A stretch of 32,000 nt of DNA from Mycolicibacterium smegmatis (GCF_001457595.1 NZ_LN831039.1:6600001-6632000); one strand, 5' to 3'. Shown: positions 8,032 to 17,912, numbered from the stretch's first letter. Notes: generated from the letters alone by a model not told the origin. A program made the numbers and translations.

Positions 8032-9501
8032 TCAATACCTGTGGATGAGCCTCGGTGTGGGGGCGTGAAGATGGGCGCACCTTCCCGGGGATGATCTTCA
8101 CGGAATCAGGTATTCGATCAAGACCGGCGTTGGCGCGCTGGTTGGGAAGGTACGCCCATGCTCACCGTAGTTCACGACACCGAGGACGCCAACGACAAGG
8201 CCAGCGGTGCTGGTCGGTCGTTGTTGGATGAGATCGTCCGCGACGGGGCCCGGCAGATGCTGGCCGCGGCGTTGCAGGCCGAGGTCGCCGCCTACGTGGC
8301 GCAGTTCGCCGATCAACTCGACGAGAACGGTCACCGGTTGGTGGTGCGAAACGGCTATCACCAGCCCCGGGAGGTGCTGACCGCCGCCGGCGCGGTGCAG
8401 GTGAAAGCGCCGCGGGTCAACGACCGCCGTGTCGACCCCGACACCGGTGAACGCAAGCGGTTCTCCTCGGCGATCCTGCCGGCCTGGGCGCGCAAGTCGC
8501 CGCAGATGAGCGAGGTACTGCCGCTGCTGTACCTGCACGGCCTGTCGAGCAACGATTTCACCCCTGCCCTCGAGCAGTTCCTCGGCTCCGGCGCTGGGCT
8601 GTCGGCCAGCACGATCACCCGGCTCACGGCGCAGTGGCAAGACGAGGCCCGCGCGTTTGGGGCCCGCGACCTCTCGGCCACTGATTACGTGTATCTGTGG
8701 GTCGACGGCATTCACCTCAAGGTGCGGCTGGACCAGGAAAAGCTCTGTCTGCTGGTGATGCTGGGCGTGCGTGCTGATGGCCGCAAGGAGCTCGTGGCGA
8801 TCACCGACGGCTACCGCGAGTCGGCCGAGTCGTGGGCCGATCTGTTGCGCGACTGCAAGCGCCGCGGCATGACCGCCCCCGTACTCGCGATCGGCGATGG
8901 CGCGCTCGGGTTCTGGAAAGCAGTCCGCGAGGTTTTCCCGGCCACCAAAGAGCAGCGGTGCTGGTTTCATAAGCAGGCCAATGTTCTTGCTGCACTGCCG
9001 AAATCAGCGCACCCGTCGGCGCTGGCGGCGATCAAGGAGATCTACAACGCCGAGGATATCGACAAGGCCCAGATCGCGGTCAAGGCCTTCGAGGCCGACT
9101 TCGGCGCGAAGTATCCCAAGGCGGTCGCTAAGATCACCGACGACCTCGATGTGCTGCTGGAATTCTACAAGTATCCGGCCGAACATTGGATTCATCTGCG
9201 AACGACGAATCCGATCGAATCCACCTTTGCCACAGTGCGTTTGAGGACCAAGGTCACCAAGGGGCCCGGATCACGAGCGGCCGGACTAGCGATGGCCTAC
9301 AAGCTCATCGACGCCGCCGCGGCCCGCTGGCGTGCCGTCAACGCCCCACACCTGGTCGCCCTGGTCCGCGCCGGCGCGGTCTTCCATAAAGGCAGACTGC
9401 TCGAACGACCCACCGACATCACCCCGCCAACATCGCCCTCAGACGGCGGTCAGCACGCCGGAACGGAGGTCGCCTGAAACACCCCGATCCACAGGTATTG
9501 A
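8032..9501 (+). mobile_element. IS256-family insertion sequence
   Basis: 15-bp perfect terminal inverted repeats TCAATACCTGTGGAT (8032-8046) and ATCCACAGGTATTGA (9487-9501) flank the transposase; no obvious target duplication. Confidence 0.85.
8158..9477 (+). CDS. IS256-family (mutator-type) transposase, 439 aa
   Basis: Motifs YLWVDGIHLKVRL, LLVMLGVRADGRKELVAITDGYRES, CWFHKQANVL, TTNPIESTFATVRLRT. Confidence 0.95.
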   Translation: MLTVVHDTEDANDKASGAGRSLLDEIVRDGARQMLAAALQAEVAAYVAQFADQLDENGHRLVVRNGYHQPREVLTAAGAVQVKAPRVNDRRVDPDTGERKRFSSAILPAWARKSPQMSEVLPLLYLHGLSSNDFTPALEQFLGSGAGLSASTITRLTAQWQDEARAFGARDLSATDYVYLWVDGIHLKVRLDQEKLCLLVMLGVRADGRKELVAITDGYRESAESWADLLRDCKRRGMTAPVLAIGDGALGFWKAVREVFPATKEQRCWFHKQANVLAALPKSAHPSALAAIKEIYNAEDIDKAQIAVKAFEADFGAKYPKAVAKITDDLDVLLEFYKYPAEHWIHLRTTNPIESTFATVRLRTKVTKGPGSRAAGLAMAYKLIDAAAARWRAVNAPHLVALVRAGAVFHKGRLLERPTDITPPTSPSDGGQHAGTEVA

Positions 9502-9896
9502 CAATTCCTCCTCGGCACATTCATTGTAGGAAAGACCTTCTACTACAAGGGCGCAAGCGAACTCGAGCTGGGCTCGGTGGCTGTTCCCTCGGGCCGGCTG
9601 CGGATCCGCGACCCGTTCTTTCCCCACCCCGGTCCTGATGACGGTTGCTTGCTGATCGTCGCGCCGGGGACGTACCGCGTCTGGGTCACCCTCGTCGAGA
9701 TCCCTGCCCTGCATGACGAAACCGAGCTGGAGACCCGCGAGGCCTATCTGTCGATCGGCCTCAACGACCGCACGCCCACCGGCTTGGACTACGCCGATGC
9801 TCTGCTGCCCTCACCTCGGCCCAGCTTCGGCGCGATGACCGGCACCGATTCCGGCAACATCGCGGTCTTCGACGACACTGAGGTGAGCCCCCTGTA
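9502..9896 (+). pseudogene. Fragment of a DUF4241-like protein trapped between two IS elements
   Basis: Open frame from the IS256 end (...LLGTFIVGKTFYYKGASELELGSVAVPSGRLRIRDPFFPHP...VAPGTYRVWVTLVEIPA...) to the IS3 boundary; no good start codon. Family name by recalled motif pattern only. Confidence 0.5.
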
Positions 9897-9959
9897 GTGG
9901 TCCAGTCGTTGTGGGGACTCTGTTGCCCGAGTGTTCGGGCAGGAAGAATCACCAACGAC

Positions 9960-10247
9960 ATGACATCGAACAAACGCCGGCGGCATACCCCGGATCAGAT
10001 CATCCGCAAGCTCGCCGAGGGCAACAAGCTCCTGGGGACCGGCCAGGAACTCGCCGAGGTGTGCCGGCACCTGGAGATCACCGAGTCGACCTGGCATCGC
10101 TGGGTGGCCCAGTACGGCGGCATGAAAGCCAACGAGGCCAAACGCCTCAAGGAGCTCGAGGCGGAGAACGCCCGGCTCAAGAAGCTGGTCGCCAACCAGG
10201 CCCTCGACATCGACATGCTCAAGGAGATCTCGTCGGGAAACTTCTGA
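9960..10247 (+). CDS. IS3-family OrfA (HTH protein)
   Basis: MTSNKRRRHTPDQIIRKLAEGNKLL...KLVANQALDIDMLKEISSGNF; ATG at 9960. Confidence 0.9.
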   Translation: MTSNKRRRHTPDQIIRKLAEGNKLLGTGQELAEVCRHLEITESTWHRWVAQYGGMKANEAKRLKELEAENARLKKLVANQALDIDMLKEISSGNF

Positions 10248-11098
10248 CCCCGAACCGCAAGCGCAGCGCCGTCATCGCTCTGCGTGAACGGTTCGGGGTC
10301 TCTGAGCGCCGCGCGTGCTCGGTCGTCGGGCTGCACCGCTCGACGATGCGTCTGACGCCGGCTCCGGTCACCACCGAGGAGACCGAGTTGCGGGCGTGGC
10401 TGCGCCGGTTCTCCACTGATCGGCCGCGCTGGGGGTGGCGCCGGGCGGCGAAGATGGCCCGTCGCGCCGGCTGGAATGCCAACAACAAGCGCATCCGCCG
10501 ACTGTGGCGCGAGGAGGGCCTGCGGGTGCCTCAGCGGCGCCGCAAGAAGCGGCTGACGGGGATCGGGGTCGCCGTGGGGGCGATGTCGCCGATCCGTCCG
10601 AATGCGATCTGGGCGATGGACTTTCAGTTTGATACCACCGCTGATGGTCGCACGCTGAAGATGCTCAACGTGATCGACGAGTTCACCCGCGAAGCCCTCG
10701 CCATCGAGGTGGATCGCAGCATCGATGCCGACGGGGTCGTGGCTGTGCTGGATCGGCTCGCGCTCGTCCATGGGGCGCCGCACTATGTGCGTTTCGACAA
10801 CGGGCCTGAGTTCGTCGCGCACGCGGTGCGCGATTGGTGTCGATTCAACAGCGCCGGTTCACTTTTCATCGATCCGGGTTCGCCATGGCAGAACGCCTGG
10901 ATCGAATCGTTTAACGGCAGACTGCGAGACGAACTGCTCAACCTGTGGCGCTTCGATTCGCTACTGGAAGCCCGGGTGATCATCGAGGACTGGCGCTGCG
11001 ATTACAACGCCAACCGGCCCCACTCAGCCCACGGTGACCGCACCCCAGCCGAGTTTGCCCTACAGTGGGCCACGACCCATCAACCGAAAGTCGCATAG
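9960..11098 (+). CDS. IS3-family OrfAB transposase produced by -1 frameshift; OrfB portion ~10240-11098 has integrase catalytic motifs
   Basis: OrfB frame contains NAIWAMDFQFDTTADGRTLKMLNVIDEFTREAL, YVRFDNGPEFVA and SPWQNAWIESFNGRLRDELLN (DDE); G_GGA_AAC heptamer at 10235-10241. Confidence 0.85.
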
Positions 11099-11608
11099 CG
11101 ACTGGACCACCAAACGGGTCCCCCTCACGGTGTTCAGCGCTCTGTTGACGACGACAGGTTGCGTTGTCGAAGGTCGTCCGGTGAGCGACGACCTACCGAC
11201 CGCCGACAAGTTGGGTTTACCCCAACAGAGCTTGCTCACAGAGCCGATGCGGCGCCAACCGGTGCCGGGTTGGACGGTCGAGGCGGCCGATCTGGGACTG
11301 CAGACGAAGGACCGCATTCGATTCTCGCCGATCGGGAATGACGGAGACCGCGCGCTGTTCCTGGCGATGACGGTGCAGGAAGCCTGGGTCATCGGCATCG
11401 ACGTCGGCAGCGGCCACAAATTGTTCGAGCCAGTCTGGTTAGGCAACCACGGCAGTGCAGAGGCATTGCTCGCCACGGTTTGCCATCTCAATGGCGCGAG
11501 CATGGTGTTGTGTCTCCGCGAAGATCCCCTTGCAAAACCACCGGCGCGCGCGTGGGTGATCGACACCGCGACGGGCGAGTTGATTTACGACGGCCCAACC
11601 GAACTAAG

Positions 11609-13269
11609 CCTCGATCCACCGATGGAAAGCCTGGATAGGCGGGTGTCGATATAAGGAAAGTGCCTTCTGAGCTGCGATGATGAGTGTTCCTTACGCACTT
11701 ATCGGCACAACTTCGAAAGGCACTTCCGGTGAAAGTGTCGCACAACTTCATGGCTGCGTCTGCAGTGTTCGATGATGAGCATCTGGTGTCGTGCGCCGGC
11801 CTGGTGCCGGTGATGACCCTGGCCAGCCAGACCGGGCTATCGGACCTGATCGCGGACAAGGTCGAAATCGTTGAACCGCGGATCAAGTCCGGCTCGGCCA
11901 ATCCGTCACCGAAGCTGACGACAGTAATCGCCGGAATGTGCGCCGGCGCCGACAGCATCGACGACCTCGACATCGTGCGCTCCGGTGGAATGAAAGCCCT
12001 CTTTGGCGGCGTGTACGCGCCCTCGACCATCGGAACACTGTTGCGGGAGTTCACCTTCGGACACGCCCGACAACTGGAAGCAGTGCTGCGTGAGCATCTG
12101 GGCGGGCTCTGCGAGCGCGTCGCGTTGCTACCCGGCGCCGATACCCAAGCGTTCGTCGACATCGATTCACTGCTGCGCCCGGTCTACGGCCACGCCAAAC
12201 AAGGAGCCTCCTACGGACACACCAAGATCGCCGGCAAGCAGATCCTGCGCAAAGGCCTCTCGCCGCTGATCACCACCATCAGCACCACCACGGGTGCCCC
12301 GATGATCACCGGAGCCCGGCTGCGGGCGGGCAAGACCAACTCCGGCAAGGGCGCAGCCCGGATGATCGCCCAAGCAGTCACCACCGCCCGCGCCGCCGGT
12401 GTCAACGGGCAGATCCTGGTGCGCGGAGACTCGGCCTACGGCAACAGCACCGTGGTGAATGCCTGCCGACGCGCCGGTGCCCACTTCTCGCTGGTGCTGA
12501 CCAAGACCCGCGCCGTCGCTGCGGCCATCGAGGCCATCAGCGATAACGCCTGGACCCCGGTCAACTACCCCGGCGCAGTGCGCGACCCCGACACCGGCGC
12601 CTGGATCTCCGATGCCGAAGTCGCCGAAACCACCTACACCGCTTTCAGTTCCACCAACACCCCGGTCACCGCTCGGTTGATCGTGCGCCGGGTCAAAGAC
12701 GCCCGATACCTCGATGCGCTGTTTCCGGTGTGGCGGTATCACCCCTTCTTCACCGATTCCGACGAACCCGTCGACGCCGCTGACATCACCCACCGCCGCC
12801 ACGCCATCATCGAAACCGTGTTCGCCGACCTGATCGACGGACCGTTGGCGCATATGCCCTCCGGGCGGTTCGGCGCGAACTCGGCCTGGGTCCTGTGCGC
12901 GGCGATCGCCCACAACCTGCTGCGCGCCGCCGGGGTGCTCGCCGGCGGTGCCCATGCCCTCGCGCGCGGAGCCACACTGCGCCGCAAGATCGTCAACATC
13001 CCGGCTCGACTGGCTCGGCCCCAACGCCGACCCATCCTGCATCTACCCTCGCATTGGCCGTGGGCCCAGCAGTGGCTCACATTGTGGCGCAACACAATCG
13101 GCTACAGCCCGCCAACTGCTGCGACCCACTGACCACCGGACCCACAGGCCCCGACCCGAACATCACAGGAAAAGCTGGGCAGACCAGCGGCTACAGGCTG
13201 CCCACGACCTGGGCGCACGACAAAAATCAGCCCCAAACAACCTCAACAGGGTCGATCCACGGATCGAGG
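11609..13269 (+). mobile_element. IS1380-family insertion sequence (~1661 bp)
   Basis: Terminal inverted repeats CCTCGATCC / GGATCGAGG and 5-bp target duplication CTAAG at 11604-11608 and 13270-13274. Confidence 0.88.
11684..13132 (+). CDS. IS1380-family transposase (DDE); alternative GTG start at 11729
   Basis: DSLLRPVYGHAKQGASYGHTKIAGKQ, ILVRGDSAYGNSTVVNACRRAG, HAIIETVFADLIDGPLAHMPSGRFGANSAWV motifs. Confidence 0.9.
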   Translation: MFLTHLSAQLRKALPVKVSHNFMAASAVFDDEHLVSCAGLVPVMTLASQTGLSDLIADKVEIVEPRIKSGSANPSPKLTTVIAGMCAGADSIDDLDIVRSGGMKALFGGVYAPSTIGTLLREFTFGHARQLEAVLREHLGGLCERVALLPGADTQAFVDIDSLLRPVYGHAKQGASYGHTKIAGKQILRKGLSPLITTISTTTGAPMITGARLRAGKTNSGKGAARMIAQAVTTARAAGVNGQILVRGDSAYGNSTVVNACRRAGAHFSLVLTKTRAVAAAIEAISDNAWTPVNYPGAVRDPDTGAWISDAEVAETTYTAFSSTNTPVTARLIVRRVKDARYLDALFPVWRYHPFFTDSDEPVDAADITHRRHAIIETVFADLIDGPLAHMPSGRFGANSAWVLCAAIAHNLLRAAGVLAGGAHALARGATLRRKIVNIPARLARPQRRPILHLPSHWPWAQQWLTLWRNTIGYSPPTAATH

Positions 13270-14125
13270 CTAAGACAGTCTCAGACCGACGGTCATCCGA
13301 TCCTTCAGCGGCTCGGTGATCACCTGGTCGCCCTTGTCGACGGACAAGGAGTTCACGGGATCGGCGAACGCGCCGAGCTGACATGGCATGTAATCGGAAC
13401 CGGCTCGCTCACTTATCCCGACGACGACAGTGATGTTGCACCGCCGGATCTCGCCGTCCAGTCCCGCCTGCGTGAACCCGACGTGGTGTTCTCTGTAGCC
13501 GACGGCACCGTCCTCACACCGGCGATACCCGCGGGCGAGCAAGTCCGGCGTGCTGCGGTCTATCCGGGTGGGTTCGCGTACGAGCTTGCGCGTGACCACT
13601 CAACTGGCGCAGGGATCGCCTTTTTCGATGATAAAGGTCGGCAGACCGGCCGCCTGGACGGTGAAGCGAAGCTCCTTACCGGCTCTGAAGCCTTACCAAT
13701 GGCTCAGCTTGCCAACCAAGACCAGATTCTGTCGGTAACAGGCACCCCACTTCTGTCGTTGCCGAAGTCGACCTTGTTGCCCTACACCCGGCTCGCCGGA
13801 ACGACGCTTCTCGTCTCCACCGACGAGGAGCACAGTGCGTGGCAACAATTCGATCTGCGCTCAGGTGACTCAGGTGTGACATGCAACAACGAGGCTCTCT
13901 GGTACTCCTATATAGGGTCCAGCGGTGACATCGTCCTCACGGGAGGTGGCCGCACACCCGTGCTTGCCCAGGCCATCGATCTAACCACGTGCGAAACCTT
14001 ATGGACGCTACCTGGGTCAACCGAATCGGAAGCGAAGGATCTGTGGCGAGTCAACGAGACACTCATCCTCCGCGTCAACAATCAGTTGTCCTCCCTGGTC
14101 TCACCCGACTGATATGTGCAGGTTG

Positions 14126-14914
14126 TCAGGACCCACCGTAGGGTCCACCTTCACGAGCAAGGTCCTCCCCGATGAGTCCGTCGATGCACGCGCGTAGTGC
14201 AAAAGCATCAATGGGCTCGGCATATCCCGACCCGTCACACGTGTACAGGTAGGCGCCGTCGTCCTTCACCTGAACCCAATGCCGAGTCCCGCCACCCATC
14301 GATTGCACGGTGCCGGTGGCGACGATGTCGCTTTCGTCGACCTTGTCGTAGGCAGGGCCTCGCGGACCGGTATTCGCAACTGGGAAGCCGAAAGCGTCGT
14401 ATTCGTCGACTGATTCGGGTGGGGGTGGTAATTGCTCTCCACCACCGCTGACCGCAATGCGTGGGCGGAAACCGGCATGCTCCAGGCCAACCGAATGGGC
14501 GATCGCGGCGCCTATATCGCCCGGCGGCAGTGAGTAAATGTCCACGATGTCAACACCATCGGAGTCGGTTTGCTGAACTGCGACGAATGCCGAGTCGTTC
14601 GCCGCCACGCCGTTGACGCGCAGATCCAGCGTGCCCTCGTCGGTGAAGCTCACACGACATCCCACGCAAACATCAGCCCGTGCAAAAGCTTCGACCCACT
14701 CCCGAACCTCTCTGAGGTCTCCTCCCGCGAGACGGTCCTCGATCGGTGCAACCTCTCTGGTGACAAGCCATACCGAGCCCACGGGTCGGCTGCGCCCAAG
14801 CGGAAAAGGAAGCCAGTCCCGCTCGTAAAGTCCGCATGCTGCCTCCAAATCGACCACCGCAACGGTGCCGACCGCATCCAGCGGCACCGTCTCACCACCC
14901 GGCAAGTACGTCAT
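14126..14914 (-). CDS. Hypothetical 262-aa protein, weakly EspG-like (ESX secretion-associated)
   Basis: ORF with layout resembling EspG proteins (PFPLGRSRP..., VREWVEAFARADVCVGCRVSFTDEGTLDLRVNGV, C-terminal ALRACIDGLIGEDL). Family call tentative. Confidence 0.5.
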   Translation of the reverse strand: MTYLPGGETVPLDAVGTVAVVDLEAACGLYERDWLPFPLGRSRPVGSVWLVTREVAPIEDRLAGGDLREVREWVEAFARADVCVGCRVSFTDEGTLDLRVNGVAANDSAFVAVQQTDSDGVDIVDIYSLPPGDIGAAIAHSVGLEHAGFRPRIAVSGGGEQLPPPPESVDEYDAFGFPVANTGPRGPAYDKVDESDIVATGTVQSMGGGTRHWVQVKDDGAYLYTCDGSGYAEPIDAFALRACIDGLIGEDLAREGGPYGGS

Positions 14915-15123
14915 GGGCCCCAGCCTGCCATGGAGAGCACATTGTGAGGTCTTTCGCAGGCCGATTGGTCTGTACCGAAGCCGCTCTCGCGTCGTCGGCT
15001 GTTGCGCGCCATCCGTCCCATCCGGTTTCCCGTCGAATACTTGTGCTGTAGGTCACATCGGGGAATGGTGGAAACAGGCCCGAGGGCCGCAGCGTGGCGC
15101 CCCGGGGGACCAGGAGGACAGCT

Positions 15124-17319
15124 ATGGCGGACAGAACACATTCTCCGGCCGGCAACGGGTCCGTGCCCACGGCGGAGCGTCCGGCCGCGATCCGGAACGT
15201 GGCACTTGTCGGGCCGTCGGGTGGCGGCAAGACCACATTGGTCGAGGCCCTGCTGGTGGCCGGGGGCGTGCTCACGCGGCCCGGTTCGGTGGCAGACGGT
15301 TCGACGGTGTGCGATTTCGACGAGGCCGAGATAGCCCAGCAGCGCTCGGTGAGCCTGGCGCTGGCGTCGTTGTCGCACAACGGGATCAAGGTGAACCTGA
15401 TCGACACACCCGGCTACGCAGATTTTGTCGGCGAGTTGCGCGCGGGTCTGCGCGCCGCCGACTGCGCGCTGTTCGTCATCGCGGCCAACGAGACCATCGA
15501 CGAGCCCACCAAGACCCTGTGGCAGGAGTGCGACGAGGTCCAGATGCCGCGGGCCGTGGTGATCACCAAACTCGACCACCCGCGCGCCAACTACGACGCG
15601 GCCCTCACCGCGGCCCAGGACGCGTTCGGCGACAAGGTCGCCCCGCTGTACTTCCCGGTCGGCGACGGCGAGAGTTGCAAAGGTGTGGTGGGCCTGCTCA
15701 CCCGCACGTACTACGACTACAGCGACGGCACGCACACCGCGCGGCCGCCGGACGGCTCCCACGATGCGGCCATCGCCGAACTTCGCGGCTCCCTCATCGA
15801 GGGCGTGATCGAGGAGTCCGAGGACGAGACGCTCATGGAGCGCTACCTCGGCGGCGAAGAGATCGACGAGGCCGTGCTGATCGCCGACCTGGAGAAGGCC
15901 GTGGCGCGTGCCTCGTTCTTCCCGGTGATCCCGGTGTGCAGCCAGTCGGGGGTCGGCACGCTCGAACTCCTCGACATCATCAGCCGTGGTTTCCCGGCTC
16001 CGCCGGAACATCAGCTGCCGGAGGTGTTCACGCCACAGGGCGCACCCCGCAAGCCGCTGTCGTGCGATCCGGACGGACCGCTGCTGGCCGAGGTGGTGAA
16101 GACGACGTCGGATCCCTACGTCGGCAGGGTCAGCCTGGTCCGGGTGTTCTCCGGCACCATCAGGCCCGACGCCACCGTGCACGTGTCGGGCCATTTTTCT
16201 GCCTTCACCGACACGTCGGCCTCGCCCGGGGCCGCCGCTGCCGCCGACGGCAGCACGCACAGCCACGCCGATCACGACGAGGACGAGCGCATCGGCACGC
16301 TGAGCTTCCCGCTGGGCAAACAGCAACGCCCGGCGCCCACGGTGGTGGCAGGCGACATCTGTGCGATCGGCCGGTTGAGCCGGGCCGAAACCGGTGACAC
16401 GCTCAGCGACAAAGCCGACCCGCTGGTGTTGCGGCCGTGGACCATGCCTGATCCGCTGCTGCCGATCGCGGTCGCGCCGCGCGCCAAGACCGACGAGGAC
16501 AAGCTGTCGGTCGGCCTGCAACGGCTGGCGGCCGAGGATGCCACGCTGCGCATCGAACAGAACCCGGAGACGCACCAGATTGTGCTGTGGTGCATGGGTG
16601 AGGCGCACGCCGCGGTGGTGCTCGACGCGCTGTCGCGGCGCTACGGGGTGTCGGTGGACACCGTCGAACTGCGCGTCCCGTTGCGGGAGACGTTCGCGGG
16701 CAGGGCAACCGGACACGGCAGGCACGTCAAGCAGTCCGGCGGGCACGGTCAGTACGCGGTGTGTGACATCGAGGTCGAACCGCTTCCGGAGGGGTCGGGT
16801 TTCGAGTTCGTCGACAAGGTCGTCGGGGGCGCGGTGCCCCGGCAGTTCATCCCGAGCGTCGAGAAGGGCGTGCGCGCGCAGATGGAGAAGGGTGTCACGG
16901 GAGAGTCGGGCTATCCGGTCGTCGACATCCGTGTCACGCTGTTCGACGGCAAGGCGCACAGCGTCGACTCGTCGGACTTCGCGTTCCAGATGGCGGGCGC
17001 GCTGGCGCTACGCGAGGCCGCGGCGGCGACGAAGATCAACCTGCTCGAACCGGTCGATGACGTGACCATCGTGGTGCCCGACGATCTCGTCGGGACGATC
17101 ATGGGCGATCTGTCCGGACGGCGCGGCCGCGTACTGGGCACCGACAAGCACGACGCCGACCGCACCGTGATCAAGGCCGAGATCCCCGAGGTGGAGTTGG
17201 TGCGGTACGCGATCGATCTGCGTTCGATGTCGCACGGTGCCGGCCAGTTCCGCCGGTCGTTCGCGCGTTACGAGCCGATGCCGGAGTCGGCCGCGGCCCG
17301 GTTGCGCACGAGCGCCTGA
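15124..17319 (+). CDS. fusA2: Elongation factor G-like protein (EF-G2 type translational GTPase)
   Basis: P-loop GPSGGGKTT, DTPGYADF, VVITKLDH; EF-G domain IV text GHGQYAVCDIEVEPL; ends QFRRSFARYEPMPESAAARL. Confidence 0.88.
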   Translation: MADRTHSPAGNGSVPTAERPAAIRNVALVGPSGGGKTTLVEALLVAGGVLTRPGSVADGSTVCDFDEAEIAQQRSVSLALASLSHNGIKVNLIDTPGYADFVGELRAGLRAADCALFVIAANETIDEPTKTLWQECDEVQMPRAVVITKLDHPRANYDAALTAAQDAFGDKVAPLYFPVGDGESCKGVVGLLTRTYYDYSDGTHTARPPDGSHDAAIAELRGSLIEGVIEESEDETLMERYLGGEEIDEAVLIADLEKAVARASFFPVIPVCSQSGVGTLELLDIISRGFPAPPEHQLPEVFTPQGAPRKPLSCDPDGPLLAEVVKTTSDPYVGRVSLVRVFSGTIRPDATVHVSGHFSAFTDTSASPGAAAAADGSTHSHADHDEDERIGTLSFPLGKQQRPAPTVVAGDICAIGRLSRAETGDTLSDKADPLVLRPWTMPDPLLPIAVAPRAKTDEDKLSVGLQRLAAEDATLRIEQNPETHQIVLWCMGEAHAAVVLDALSRRYGVSVDTVELRVPLRETFAGRATGHGRHVKQSGGHGQYAVCDIEVEPLPEGSGFEFVDKVVGGAVPRQFIPSVEKGVRAQMEKGVTGESGYPVVDIRVTLFDGKAHSVDSSDFAFQMAGALALREAAAATKINLLEPVDDVTIVVPDDLVGTIMGDLSGRRGRVLGTDKHDADRTVIKAEIPEVELVRYAIDLRSMSHGAGQFRRSFARYEPMPESAAARLRTSA

Positions 17320-17320
17320 G

Positions 17321-17887
17321 TCAGCGGGCCGTTCCCACCGGCGCGTAGAACTCGGGGCGGCCCGCGCCTTCCTCAAGCTGGACCTCAAAGGTGTTGAGCG
17401 CCATGGCCAGAGTCAGGTACCCGCCCACGGTGAACATCAGATCCATGCGCTGGCGGTCGTCCAACCACCGGCCCAGCCGCGTCCACGTCTCGGGTGAGAG
17501 CTGCGCACCCGCCACCAACTCGTCGGTGGCATCGAGCACGGTTTGGTCGAATTCGTCTGCAGCGGAACCAGATCGGGCGGACTCCACGTCATCCACGGTG
17601 AGCCCCGCCAGCAGCCCCATCGCGGCGTGGTGGCCCCACTCGTAGACACAGCCCGCGCGGTACGCGGTCCGCAGGATCACCAGCTCCCGGATGCGCTCGG
17701 GCAGCAGTGAATCACGCTGCAGGTAGTTGTTGAACTGCAGGAAGTGGCGCGCCAGTTCGGGGTGGCGCACCAGGACGCCCAACGCGTTGCCCACGCCGTC
17801 GGCATCGCGCCGCTCGGGCGGCACCACCGACGCCAGCGCGTCGCGGGCGGCATCGTCCCAGTCCTCGGCCGGTAGCGGCGGCAGCAT
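17321..17887 (-). CDS. Carboxymuconolactone decarboxylase (AhpD-like) family protein
   Basis: LLPERIRELVILRTAYRAGCVYEWGHHAAMGLLAGLT motif. Confidence 0.88.
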   Translation of the reverse strand: MLPPLPAEDWDDAARDALASVVPPERRDADGVGNALGVLVRHPELARHFLQFNNYLQRDSLLPERIRELVILRTAYRAGCVYEWGHHAAMGLLAGLTVDDVESARSGSAADEFDQTVLDATDELVAGAQLSPETWTRLGRWLDDRQRMDLMFTVGGYLTLAMALNTFEVQLEEGAGRPEFYAPVGTAR

Positions 17888-17912
17888 CTCAAAAGTCCTC
17901 TCAAACGGCGCG

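Larger units (their letters stand above)
9897..11110 (+). mobile_element. IS3-family insertion sequence
   Basis: 12-bp terminal inverted repeats GTGGTCCAGTCG (9897-9908) / CGACTGGACCAC (11099-11110) enclosing overlapping orfA/orfB. Confidence 0.85.
11111..14112 (+). pseudogene. Beta-propeller-like (PQQ/WD-type) exported protein gene, 5'-truncated at the IS3 end and interrupted by the IS1380-family element (exonic parts 11111-11608 and 13275-14112)
   Basis: Left part ...VVEGRPVSDDLPTADKLG...LDTATGEL-like text ending IYDGPTEL; right part RQSQTDGHPILQRLGDHLVALVDGQG...TLWTLPGS...; deleting the IS plus one CTAAG copy joins them in frame. Confidence 0.75.

Noticed and set aside
8098-8970. 290-aa minus-strand ORF
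   Set aside because: Antisense to the IS256 transposase.
11034-11654. 206-aa ORF as a complete gene
   Set aside because: Its first codons lie inside the IS3 element and its last ones inside the IS1380 element; it is a fragment.
12895-14112. 405-aa ORF as a single gene
   Set aside because: Its 5' third lies inside the IS1380 element; only the part after 13270 belongs to the interrupted beta-propeller gene.
14911-16959. 682-aa minus-strand ORF
   Set aside because: Antisense to the well-supported EF-G-like CDS; long shadow ORFs are expected in high-GC DNA, and the translation is Arg/Asp/Gly-rich without recognisable domains.
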